Source of the DNA: Okamejei kenojei | Taxonomy: Eukaryota | Reading direction: 5' to 3' | NCBI GenBank assembly: GCA_035221665.1 | Contig: CM069174.1 | Span: forward strand, 3,162,001 to 3,226,000 | Length of the DNA: 64,000 nt | Shown here: positions 23,728 through 35,335 of the stretch, piece after piece | Layout of the letters: each line of letters starts with the position of its first letter | Numbering within the stretch: position 1 is the first letter of the stretch | The notes under the pieces: model-generated | The model's database searches: none | What the model saw: the letters and a program-made list of their open reading frames with translations, nothing else | What the model was told of the DNA's origin: nothing | Translations under genes and position numbers: made by a program

Positions 23728-25624
23728 AGATCACTGTTGTTGTCATCTTTTCTTTGCTGATGCATTTTATAAGAAAAGGGATTGAAGACTAAGTCAAAGT
23801 CAAGGAGGGTCATTGACATGAAATGTTAACTCTGATTCTCCTCCACAGATGCTGCCTGGCCTGCTGAGTATTTCCAGCATCTGCAGTTGTTTGCTTCAAT
23901 AATTTTGTCCTTGACCGCAATGTTTCTTTTTTTTCCGGTTGTACTGCTGTCAATGTTTTCATATTTTGTCACCTTAATATGACAAAATCCCTCTGTTTCT
24001 GCAAACTTTCTTCATTGTAGCAAATATTATTATTTTTGAACTGAAAATATAACCAAACGAGCTCGCAGCTCCACTGTGGTCATGGACGATCACTTGTCTT
24101 TTCTATTGTAGCTCATAGACTTGATAACATAAAACGCTCTCATGACTTTGTTCCTCAGGCTGCATTATATTTGGCTGCAAGTCTCGTGCAGAATTCATAC
24201 GCCTGTCGACAGGGTTGGATATTTCCACTAGGATGATAGTTCCCTTGGTCGGGATGTCTGGGACCAGGGACCACAGTCTCAAGATATTCAGGACTGAGAT
24301 GAGACCATCGTCCACAGGTCATTTGAGCAGAATTAGGCCATTCGGCCCACCGAGTCTATCTTTCCCTCTCAACCCCATTCTCCTGCCTTCTTCCTGTAGC
24401 CTTTGACACCCGTACTAATCAAGAATGTGTCAACCCCCCTCTTAAAAATACCCACTGACTTGGCCTCCACCGCCGTCTGTGGCAATGAATTCTACAGATT
24501 CACCACCCTCTGGGTAAAGAAATTCCTCCTAATTTTCCTAAAGATAGGTCCTTTAATTCTGAGGCTGTGGCCTCTGGTCCTAGACTCTCCCACTCGTGGA
24601 AACATCCTCTCCACATCCACTCTATCCAGGCCTTTCACTATTCTGTAAGTTTCAATGAGGTCCCCCCTCATCATTTCTAAACTTCGGTGAGTACAGGCCC
24701 AGTGCCGACAAACGCTCGTCATATGTTAACCCACTCATTCCCGGGATCGTTCTAGACGATGAGGAGAGTGAGAAGGAACCCTCCTTGTGCGGGAAGCTGC
24801 AGAGAGGAGGATGGGGGGAGTCGGCAACGGCGGCGGGCTAGGGGCCCGGTGAGAGGAACCGGGGAGGGGGGGTCTGACCTTCCCCGCGCTCGAGGTTAGC
24901 TGCAGGAGGCGCCCGTCCCCCAGGGAACGAGTGCTGGCGGGGGCCGGGCGAGGAGAGGGACAACGGACTGGAGGCGACGGCTGCAACGGGCCTTCGTGGC
25001 CAATTGTAGCTGGGGACTGGGAAATGGCCCCAAACCCTGGCCACTCTTGTATACAGACTCAGTGGGCATGTTCTACATAGAAACATAGAAAATAGGTGCA
25101 GGAGGAGGCCATTTGGCCCTTTGAGCCAGAACCACCATTCAATGTGATCATGGCTGATCATCCCCTATCAATAACCCATGCCTGCCTTCTCCCCATATCC
25201 CTTGACTCCGCTATCTCTATCTAACTCTCTTTTAAATTCATCCAGTGAATCGGCCTCCAATGCCCTCTGTGGCAGGGAATTCCACAGATTCACAACTCTC
25301 TGGGTGAAAAACGTTTTTTCTCATCTCAGTTTTAAATGGCCTCCCCTTTGTTCTTGAACTCTGGCCCCTGCGTCTGCACCCTCCCAACATTGGGAACATT
25401 TTTCCTGCCAGTCCTTTTTTTTCTGTGCATTCTGTGGTGACCGTTGGATTGTGCTTTTTTCCCCTGATAGTCTTCTTGGGCTGGATGCAAAAACTATATT
25501 TCACTGTACCCTGGTACATGTGGCAGTAAAGAAACCAGTGGGTAATGTGGGTTACATTGTGGCTGTGGGCACTTTTGCAAAGGGTTGTAGGAGGGTGGAA
25601 GATATCAGATGCAATTCCAGGACT

Positions 25625-26100
25625 GGTTTATTAACAAGGTTAATTCCCGGGATAGCGGGACTGTCATATGCTGAGAGAATGGAGCGGCTGGGCTTGTACA
25701 CCCTGGAGTTTAGAAGGATGAGAGGGAATCTCATTGAAACATATAAGATTATTAAGGGTTTGGACACACTAGAGGCAGGAAACATGTTCCCGATGTTGGG
25801 GGAGTCCAGAACCAGGGGCCACACAGTTTAAGAATAAGGGGTAAGTCATTTAGAACGGAGATGAGGAAACACTTTTTCTCACAGAGAGTTGTGAGTCTGT
25901 GGAATTCTCTGCCTCAGAAGGCAGTGGTGGCCAATGCTTTCAAGAGAGAGTTAGATAGAGCTCTTAAAGATAGCGGAGTCAAGGGATATTGGGAGAAGGC
26001 AGGAACGGGGTACTGATTGTGGATGATCAGCCATGATCACATTGAATGGCGGTGCTGGCTCGAAGGGCCGAATGGCCTCCTCCTGCACCTGTTGTCTATT
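25625..26100 (+). mobile_element. CR1 LINE 3' end
   Basis: TRLIPGIAGLSYAERMERLGLYTLEFRRMRGNLIETYKIIKG. Confidence 0.9.
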
Positions 26101-26129
26101 GGCCAATAATCCACATGCCAGCAGGCAAT

Positions 26130-26660
26130 GTGGGCATTGTTGTGGACATCCAGGCCAGGACAGCGTCAGTTACTGGGTGGATGGCCTTGATGCCCCCAGG
26201 GAAACGCCTAGGTGAGCAGTCATTCACGATGTGTGGGATGGTCTGGTCTGGATGTCCGCAGTCACAAGCAGGGCTGTCTGTCATCCCCCACTTACGCAGG
26301 TGATGGGCTGTTCTTGCATGGAGGGTGCGGATTCTGTTCAGCGTTAGCCATTGCCTGCGATGGAGGTCAAAACCCGGTGGTTTCACTGTAGGGTCTGTGA
26401 TGACCTCTCCGTTGTAGGTGTTGGCATCTTTCCAGGCTCTGTGCCACTCAGTCTCGGAGTCAAAGTTTCCCAGAGATTTGACGGAAGACCAGAAGGGTTT
26501 GCGGGACTTCAGGCACATGTTGGGCAGATTGTTCAAGTCAGCGTGGATGGGAAGGTCAGGGTTGGCCTCGATGATGCACCAATGATCATTTGGCTGGTTT
26601 GGTTCTTGCTGTGGTCTAGTGATCTCCCAACCATGGAATCTCCTGAAGAGAATGAGGCAT
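26130..26660 (-). mobile_element. Vingi/Ingi-like LINE C-terminal fragment with zinc knuckle
   Basis: Open minus frame DLPIHADL...LKSRKPFW...PPGFDLHRRQWLTLNRIRT...WGMTDSPACDCGHPDQTIPHIVNDC...GGIKAIH...AVLAW. Confidence 0.7.
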
Positions 26661-26707
26661 GCGTGACTTGTTTTTATAAAGGGGTTGATGATCGCCCCCC
26701 CCCCCCC

Positions 26708-26710
<3 letters not shown>

Positions 26711-26774
<64 letters not shown>
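26711..26774. repeat. (CA)n microsatellite
   Basis: Direct reading. Confidence 0.98.
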
Positions 26775-26779
<5 letters not shown>

Positions 26780-27089
26780 AAAAACCCTGCTGTCATCTCG
26801 TGGAGTTAATGCACTGACAATGCAGTGTCTTTTTTATTCCACATTTGAATTAAAAACACTAGCTGCACCCTCACCTAACCCCCCCCCCCACCCCTACCCC
26901 CCCCCCCCACCCCTACCCCCCCCCCCCCCCCCCCTCGATTGTTTCGTTCAAAGTCAACCTCTCCATCCTTTGCAAGAGTCCAGTTGCAATGAGCATTCCG
27001 TGTGAGCAGGCAGGTGGGATTGAATATTGGACAAAGATCGGTGGAGGAGATCAAATGGTGCATGTCAGCCTGCATCTCAGTAGATAGCC

Positions 27090-27603
27090 ACTCCAGTTAG
27101 CCTCCCTCCCTCCTTCCCGACGCACACACACACACACACACATCACAGCGAGCCGCCGGGAAGAGCTCGCTCGTTGCTCTCTGCTCCGGCTCCCACAGTC
27201 AAGCGGCTGCTGATGATCCTGTGCCGAGGCGGACGTGGGGACGAGCTCTGCTTAGCCCTGGCTGATGAGTGCGAGGAGCCTGCCATTCATCTGAAGCGGC
27301 AGATGCTCGAATAGGGGACCTGCGAGTGAATCCTGTGTATATATATATATCTCTCCCCACACACGCACACATACACACACGCACAGCAGAGCAGAGCCGT
27401 GAGACTGCGAGGAGCTGCAAGCGCTCTCCTCTCTCCTCTTCTCTCTCCTCATCCCTCATCCTCCTCTCTCCCCTTCCTATCTCCCCCATCCTCTCCTCCT
27501 CCCCTCTCCCATCCTCTCCTCTCCTCCTCTCTCCCCCATCCTCTCTCCTCACCTGCTCCGCGCTCATTCCTCTCCGGTCTCTCTCCCCGGAGGCTGCGAC
27601 CCG
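27090..27603 (+). promoter_or_regulatory. Probable promoter / 5' UTR of the ASIC gene
   Basis: TE-free, CpG-containing region directly upstream of the ATG, with (CA)n, (TA)n and a long CT-rich tract (27424-27552); transcription start cannot be placed from sequence. Confidence 0.45.
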
Positions 27604-28161
27604 ATGGATTTGAAAGGGGAGCCCGAAGATGCGGAGAGGACGCCGCCTTGCAGCGTGCAGGCTTTCGCCGGCAGCTCCACTCTGCACGGAATCAGTCACA
27701 TCTTCACCTACGGGCGCCTGTCGTTCAGGCGCGTCGTGTGGACGCTGGCTTTCCTGGGCTCCCTGTCCTTCCTCGCCCACGTCTTCGTGCAGAGGGTGAG
27801 ATACTACCTGGAGTACCCGCATGTCACCAAGCTGGACGAGATCAGCGCCTACAACCTGACCTTCCCGGCCGTCACCATCTGCAACCTCAACGAGTTCCGC
27901 TTCAGCAAGATCACCAAGAACGACCTGTACCACGCCGGCGAGCTGCTGGCGCTGCTCAACAACAAGTTCGAGATCCCCGACCCCTACGTGGCGGAGAAGC
28001 ACGTCCTGGATGTCCTGGTGGAGAAGGCCAACTTCGGCAACTTCAAGCCCAAGCCCTTCAACATGAGGGAGTTCTACGACCGGGCTGGCCATGAGATGAA
28101 GGACATGCTCCTGGACTGCAAGTACCGAGGCAAAGAATGCACCCACCAGCAGTTCCATGTC
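27604..28161 (+). CDS. asic1: Acid-sensing ion channel (DEG/ENaC family), first coding exon, 186 codons; ASIC1/ASIC1c-like 'a'-type N-terminus
   Basis: [10 protein letters not shown] (HG gating motif), TM1 [72 protein letters not shown]; strong GC3 bias; phase-0 donor GTC|GTGAGT at 28161/28162. Family assignment is firm; the paralogue is uncertain. Confidence 0.93.
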
Positions 28162-29380
28162 GTGAGTACCGCCCGCCAGGCCATGAAACTTTCCCTCGCG
28201 TCCTTGTGGGCTGGGCTCAGAGCAAAGTTGCTCGGATTGTGTTTGTGGGGCGTGCTCTTGTTTGGAGGCCCCACTCCAGTTTTGTCTGAGGCGTTTTTGG
28301 GGGGTGGGGGGATATGTATGTCCCAAACATTGCCTTGTTGCTGATTTTGACCCCTCCCCATATTCCTCCTCCGCTGGTGTTGTAAGGAGCAGTGTGTATT
28401 GTGTGTTGTTGTTGTGTCTCTGGCCTTGCCTCTCTCTCTGTGTCACGGCGACCATTATGTAGCACATGCTGGACTTGCACGGTTTGGGGGAAGGGGTGGC
28501 TGAGCCTTCGGTTTGTGAGGAGAGTGGGCAAAAAAAGTCATTAAAAAAAAACCACACAAACAGTGTTCAAACTGAAATAGAAGCCAAATGTCCATCTCGG
28601 GCCAGGCTCGGGGTTGTTGGGAAAATGCCTGTGTTAACGGGATTAGGAGGCCTACCAGTCCCTCCCATCACAGCCAGGGCTGCATGAGGAGCAGCCGAGA
28701 ACACATTTCAACAGAGCATGCAGCTAAAAGTGAAAGCTTACTGACAGCAGTGGCTACAATGTTACACATCTACATGCAACCTTCCAAGACATGGAAGTGC
28801 AGTAGCATGGATAACCATCAGCAAAGCTCCAATCAGCTTGTACAAGGATTGGGGGTGGGGTTGAGAGATTTGCAGATTACAATACAGTGAATTCCCACTG
28901 GAACATGGGAGGGAGGAACTAGGGTGAGTCCAGCATTGAGGCCAAGGTGTGCTGTACATTCTTGAATCAAGCCTTCTCCGTAAACAGGTCTCTCATTTGC
29001 GGAGATAACAAGATATCTTACTTTGTTTAAAACTGACATTGTACGTGTGTGCGTGTAAACACGGGTGACTGCTGTCATACATGTGGCTTGTTGGTACTGC
29101 TGTGATTCACCCCACTAAAGCAGCTTTTCCACCCAGGCTGGTGACCTCAGTAAGGGATTGACGAGAGCTTTCTGACATGTGCAATGAAGAGCTGAGGATG
29201 GTTTCAGAGGGTTAACTGTCAGGAGTAAATCATGTGCTTCTCAGTAAGATGTTCAGGGACAGCCACCTTGCTTTATCTGCATGTGTTACTTCAATGAGAT
29301 CTGTTTAGAAGTCGACGACAAACTTTGACGCAGACTTTCTTTCTGCACCTCCAACAGAGGGCCTTGATGTGCCAAAATGT

Positions 29381-29562
29381 TTAAGAAGGAACTGCAGATG
29401 CTGGAAAATCCAAGGTAGACAAAAATGCTGGAGAAACTCAGCGGGTGAGGCAGCATCTATGGAGCGAAGGAAATAGGCAACACTTCTTCAGACCCGAAAC
29501 GTCGCCTATTTCCTTCGCTCCATAGATGCTGCCTCACCCGCTGAGTTTCTCCAGCATTTTTG
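29381..29562. mobile_element. Head-to-head Penelope-like terminal repeats (palindrome)
   Basis: AAAAATGCTGGAGAAACTCAGCGGGTGAGGCAGCATCTATGGAGCGAAGGAAATAGGC and its reverse complement around a collapsed hammerhead centre. Confidence 0.85.
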
Positions 29563-31686
29563 GCAGCCTTGATGTGCCAGATCTAATTCCCTGTCTGCTA
29601 TTGACCGGCCTTAAATCACTTTGACCTCGGAAAGTGAGAGCTATTAATTTACCAATAGTTCTTCGTGTAATTCCTCTTGAAATAATAAACCCTTGCCAGG
29701 GACAAACATACAAGTCCAAGAATCTTTTCCGCTATTCGATATCCAGAGCTTTGCTCTCCAGGCAGACACGACTGCAGTTTGCTGGATGAGGTGGGTGGCT
29801 TTGTCCTTGCGTTCCAAAGTAAAGCTGGACATAGTCCCACAGCCTGCCAGAGGGAAACAATAAAATCTCAAAGCAGAATCAGCGATTTGTTTTATATATC
29901 CCCCACCCTTCCAGTATACTTTATTCGTAACATTTGCGGATATTTAATCAAAATATCACCATTCACAATGCATCAGTCCATTTTGCTTAAACGAGTTACA
30001 TTATATCACCAGCTAGACAAAAATGCTGGAGAAACTCTGCGGGTGAGGCAGCATCTATGGAGCAAAGGATTCCTTCGCTCCAGAGATGTTGCCTCACCCG
30101 CTGAGTTTCTCCAGCATTTTTGTCTACCTTCGATTTTTCCAGCATCCGCCGTTCCTTCTCCTACATTATACCAGCATGTCACCCACTTTTCATCCACATG
30201 CATTCCCAGAACGGGAAGTCCAATGGACCACGAATTTAAGTTGGACGTTGCCTCCCTCCATCTGAGGGATGTGCTTGATGTAAGGGGGCTGCTTACGACT
30301 CAATCTTCATGACGCACACCTCTACAGTACTGGAGACATTGTTCCATGAGGTCGGGTTGGTGGGGGTGGAAAGGGGAAGTGAAAGGGCTGTCTCATTTGA
30401 TCGCCACAACCTGGCTCGCTGAGCGTTAATGAGAGTGCTCCTTTGCAACGGACGGCGTGAACGGCGAGCGGTGGGGGGGGGGGCTGAGGGCACTTGGACA
30501 CATGCTCAGGAACGGGTCCGGCATTGTCATCTGACTTTATTACAGACGGACCACCGTCGTGGAGGGGGCCTCATCAGGGGGTCTCGTGACGAGCGGAGGA
30601 GGCTTGGGTTTGGGATGGCCAGCATTTCGATTCACGATCCAGCAGTGATACTCAGAGACACCGCCACAGTGGTGGACGTCTTGGAACTTTTTCGTCATAG
30701 GGAAAGTCAATTTCTCAACCATTTTGGAGATTTTTCTTTAACCAGAGCCATTGAAGGATCAAGTGGAAAAAAAGGCAGATATATAGAGTTTGAATGCAGA
30801 GCAATTGTGATCTTGTTGGATGTGCAACACCCTGAAGAGGTCCCCCCCTGCTCCTGCTGTTGTGTCCATAGGTTTTCCCTGTGTTCCAAAGAACATAGAT
30901 TGTCTGCCGTACGTCCTCATCGTTGGGAAGTCTACCCACTGAAAACCCAATGAGGTGACTCAGCAGGAAAAGGGACAATCCCAGTCTCGATTCCCCTTGT
31001 CTAGTGACTCTCCGCCGGTGCGAGGGCGGAATTGGCAAGGTTTGTCATCCCTGATCATCGTCACTGCTCGAGCTGTGCCGCAAGTGGGCGCATGGATATG
31101 GGCTGGAGCCGGCGAGCTGCTGCATGTCCTGCTGCCATCGGGCCTTGCAGATGCAGCAGAGGTGGACATGGTGGTGTCTGTAATGGAGGGACTTAGTGAA
31201 TCACTAAATGAAATAAAGTGCCTCCATACCTTTTGCTGGTTCAAAAACGACATCACAGTCAAAGGGAAATTCTGGCTGCTGTGATTATGTTTTCAGAAAT
31301 TCGTTACTTCAGCTACCAGATTTGAAATGAAATACAGAATGTGACTGAAAGCACAATACATCTGTAATTACTGAAGAATTGCCCAGTGATTGATTGTTAC
31401 AAAGGGATGACATTGAGATTAAAAGTCAGATTTTTAAAAAACTTGTAAACTCATGAGGGACAGTTAACTTGGAGAAACCAAGGCTGTGCTTAATAACGTC
31501 AACAAACTGGTCCAGGGTAGAACTAGCAGAGAGATTCTGCTGCTTGAACCACTTTTTTGGTGTTCCTCTCATTGCAAGACACACATTTTGCCCAAAGACA
31601 GTGTCTGACCCTGGCCTGACCCAATCTACACCACAATTACCCTTTGCTGTGTGTTCCCTTTGAACTATACTCTATTGCACTTCACT

Positions 31687-31828
31687 TCTTCCTCCTGCGT
31701 ATGGCGTGCACAGCCTAAAGTTGTCGGACAACTTGTTCTATTTGATCTTATTTGATGGCGCACGCCGGGTTGATTGCATTCGTTGAAACAGGGCGGACCA
31801 CGTGAAGGTCGCAATCTTCCAACCCCCG
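31687..31828 (-). mobile_element. ~140-bp non-autonomous retroposon with a 5' HDV-like ribozyme (copy 1)
   Basis: TSD GCACTTCACT (31677-31686, 31829-31838); purine (AAG/AGG) tail; homologous to the copies at 46737 and 58243. Confidence 0.88.
31772..31827 (-). ncRNA. HDV-like ribozyme motif (copy 1)
   Basis: GGGGGUUGG AA GAUUGCG ACC UUCACGU GGU CCGCCCU G UUUCAA CGAA UGCAAUC; P2, P3 and J4/2 intact, P1 with an extra base. Confidence 0.72.
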
Positions 31829-32619
31829 GCACTTCACTGTGTCAGCCTGAACGATTGTTGAGATGTTCATGTGGCGGTGGGGAACATGGTTTCTGCTGGT
31901 GTTAACTCAATTGCATAAGTGGCCTGGACTTGATGTCAAAGGCTCTGCAAGTCATGCTGCAAATGTTTTAAATTAGCAAGGAGTTATGGCAACTGGTAAT
32001 AGGTTATCGACAGAGATGTCGTTTCGAGATTGAAGACGAGATTGGAGATGGGTTGGGCAACATCCTCATATTTTTGTAACGTCTCCTGTCTTGTCATGAG
32101 AGATAACTTCAAAAAAATCTATACTTTTATCGTCGCAAACTGGTTTAGTTTTACAGTGACTAGGGGACGGAGATGAACAATAGCGCGTGCATCACCGTGC
32201 TGGGGGGTTGAGCTTTCTGACCGCGCGTTCTATTATTTTTAACAACAGAGAGAGACAAACACAGCTTCTGGTAGAAAGCAACCTATTTAAGCAAAACGTT
32301 ATTTTAGGTTCCAGTCTTTTTTTAAAACCTCATGCGGGGATAAGTGCGCAAGGTGGCAGGAAACAAGTCGCGTTTGAAATGTCACACTTATTTTCCTTCT
32401 CCCAACCAGTTTGCCCCTTCTTCTTTGATGAGACCTCTGCAGAGAGTCACTGCGCGAGCTGCAATGACTGGCTGTCTCCTCAGACTGCTGGGTTCAGCTC
32501 CCAGCTGCGGACACCAGGAGGTGCTGCTGCCGTGGTATCGCTGATCCCTCTGGTGCTTCAAAGCACACTGTCTCCTTTAACATATCTCCTGGTCCAGCCA
32601 TCAGACACCACTCCAATCC

Positions 32620-33200
32620 AGTGATGTGATAGGAGCAGCATTAGGCCATTCAGCCCATCACGTCTCCGCCATTCAATCATGGCTGATCTATCTCTCCCTC
32701 CGAACCCCATTCTCCTGCCTTCTCCCCGTAACCTCTGACACCCATGTAACCATATAACCATATAACCATTTAACAATTACAGCACGGAAACAGGCCATCT
32801 CGGCCCTTCTAGTCGGTGCCGAACACTTACTCTCACCTAGTCCCATCTACCTGCACTCAGACCATAACCCTCCATTCCTTTCCCGTCCATATACCTATCC
32901 AATTTATTTTTAAATGATAAAATCGAACCTGCCTCCACCACTTCCACTGGAAGCTCATTCCACACAGCCACCACTCTCTGAGTAAAGAAGTTCCCCCTTA
33001 TGTTACCCCTAAACTCGTACTAATCAAGAATCTATCTATCTCTGCCTCAAAAATATCCACTGACTTGGCCTCCACAGCCTTCTGTGGCAATGAATTCCAC
33101 AGATTCACCGCCCTCTGACTGAAGAAATTCCTCCTCATCTCCTTCCTAAAAGAATGTCCTTTAATTCTGAGGTTACGACCTCTAGTCCCAGACTCTCCCA
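32620..33200 (-). mobile_element. Nested CR1 3' ends (two subfamilies)
   Basis: A CR1 end with an (ATATGGTT)n tail at ~32745-33010 lies inside another CR1 end (RNFFSQRAVNLWNSLPQ). Confidence 0.75.
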
Positions 33201-33418
33201 CTAGACTCCCCCACGGGGGGAACAACATTGCATTCTGCAAACTCAAATGAAATGATCCGTGCTTAATTGCCACAGAAGCATCTTCCAGGATACAATCTTT
33301 ATTAAACAGAGGATAAATGTTTAAGAAGGAGCTGCAGATGCTGGAGAAATCGAAGGTAGACAAAAATGCTGGTGAAACTCAGCGGGTGAAGCAGCATCTA
33401 TGGAGGGAAGGAATAGGT

Positions 33419-33446
33419 GACGTTTCGGGTCGAGACCCTTCTTCAG
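33419..33446 (-). ncRNA. Minimal type I hammerhead ribozyme motif in a Penelope-like terminal repeat
   Basis: Minus strand CUGAAGA A GGGU CUCG ACCC GAAAC GUC. Confidence 0.75.
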
Positions 33447-34359
33447 ACTGATGTGGGGGTGGGGGGGGGAAGAAATGGGCGGAGACAGTAGGCTGTGGGA
33501 GAGGATAAAACAGGATAAAGGAATGTTGCGGGCTAGCTGATGGCACCAGACATGTTTGACTGATTTAATAATATACAATGGAAAATGGTGGGTTATCTGG
33601 CTTATTCTGTGGTGAAATGTATTCAAATATGTACTTTTGCGATAAGTTTCTGAAAAGTAGATTGGAAATAATTTACTTTTTTAAGAAACACTGTAAAGAT
33701 TGGAATACAGTTGTAATGCTTGCTTAACATTGTAATTGGCTCATACATCACAAGAGACTTCTTGTTACTGCCCATGAATCACAGCCAGGGCAGTCTTGAA
33801 AAACATAATATTGTTAATTTATCAAGCAAACAGACTCCATTAATTTAAAGACGGCAAGAACAAACTTTCACAATCCCTGACAATGTCTGCAGTTATCAAT
33901 ATTCCACGTACGTGACACCGAGAAGGGGCAGCGACTTGTATCTTATGGTTTGGTTGCGGTGAGCAGTCAAAGCCAAGAGTGTCTTATTGTCCTGTGTCCC
34001 AGATAGAACAATGTTATTCTTACTTGCAGCAGCACAATGCTATATGTAAACACAGTACTCTGTAAACAATATGATAAACGAGAAAAAAGTTCAACGTGTG
34101 TGTGTGTGTGTGTGTATATACACATACTCACCCATACATACATATATCTAATGTAGATAGAAGATAGACACAAAGTGCTGGAGTAACTCAGTGGGACAGG
34201 CAGCATCTCTGGAGGGAAGGAATGAGTGACATTTCGGTTCGGGACTTCTTCAGAAGAGCCTTTGGGTCTCGACCCACGCCTTCTCACCAGAGATGCTGCC
34301 TGTCCCGCCGAGTTACTCCAGCATTTTGTGTCTATCTTCAGTTTAAACCAGCATCTGCA

Positions 34360-34558
34360 NNNNNNNNNNNNNNNNNNNNNNNNNNNNNNNNNNNNNNNNN
34401 NNNNNNNNNNNNNNNNNNNNNNNNNNNNNNNNNNNNNNNNNNNNNNNNNNNNNNNNNNNNNNNNNNNNNNNNNNNNNNNNNNNNNNNNNNNNNNNNNNNN
34501 NNNNNNNNNNNNNNNNNNNNNNNNNNNNNNNNNNNNNNNNNNNNNNNNNNNNNNNNNN
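34360..34558. other. N-run (gap or masked sequence)
   Basis: Direct reading. Confidence 0.99.
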
Positions 34559-34904
34559 AAAAATGCTGCAAAAGTCCTGATGTTGTCAAACAGCAACTGT
34601 TATTTTATGTTAGAATGCAATTTGTTTCATAAAGCAATTTTTGTATGTCACCTTTGTAACCCTGTCTGTTAAGTCTGAGAATTCTAGATGCGATTGAATC
34701 AAATATTAAGGAAGGTGGATGATAGCATTTACAAAAACGTCATTGTAATCGAAACATTCAGAATGACTCTGGCATATTTTTCTGAGTCACCAAAAATCTT
34801 TCCACACTGGTGATGGAGTGAGCTGCCAGCGTGCCTTCTCACAGGAAGCCTGGAGTTAGCCCTGCCCTTACTGACTTGTACAGAGGAGCAGGGATCAATT
34901 CCCT

Positions 34905-35335
34905 TGGCCTCCCCCCTCGACTCCATCCAAGGACCCCGACTGAGGCAGAGGTTCACTTGCACCTCCTCCAACCTCGTCCGCCTTAACCTACCTGATCTCC
35001 CGGTTGCTCAGCACTTTAACACTCCCTCACATTCCCACACCGACCTTTCTGTCCTGGGCCTCCTTCATTGTCAGAGTGAGGCCCAGCGCAAATGGGGGGA
35101 ACAGCACCTCATGACTCCTCTAACTTCAAATAGCCCTTGCTTTCCCTCTCTCTCCATCCCCTCCCACTTCCCAGTTCTCCCACCAGTCTTACTGTCTCTG
35201 CCTACCTTCTATCTTTGTCCCGCCCCCACCCCTGACATCAGTCTGAAGAAGGGTCTCGACCCGAAACGTCGCCCATTCCTTCTCTCCAGAGATGCTGATT
35301 GACCAGCTGAGTTACTCCAGTAATTTGTGTGTCTG
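34905..35335 (+). mobile_element. Penelope-like 3' fragment with terminal repeat
   Basis: RQRFTCTSSNL...PDLPVAQHFNTPSHSHTDLSVLGLLHCQSE, then hammerhead and terminal repeat. Confidence 0.85.
35243..35270 (+). ncRNA. Minimal type I hammerhead ribozyme motif
   Basis: CUGAAGA A GGGU CUCG ACCC GAAAC GUC. Confidence 0.75.

Noticed and set aside
28162-28344. Continuation of the ASIC ORF to 246 aa
   Set aside because: Homology and codon bias stop at the GTGAGT donor at 28162; the remainder is intron read-through
27199-28557. 452-aa minus-strand ORF and overlapping 231-aa plus ORF
   Set aside because: Shadow frames of a GC3-rich exon plus low-complexity UTR; no recognisable domain
30307-31160. ORFs of 100-174 aa, perhaps old L1/Tx1 remnants or an alternative ASIC first exon
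   Set aside because: No ASIC motifs (HG, FPAVT.CN) and too degenerate to assign
33967-34672. ORFs spanning N-runs (also 62066-62849)
   Set aside because: Artefacts of undetermined bases; hidden content cannot be assessed
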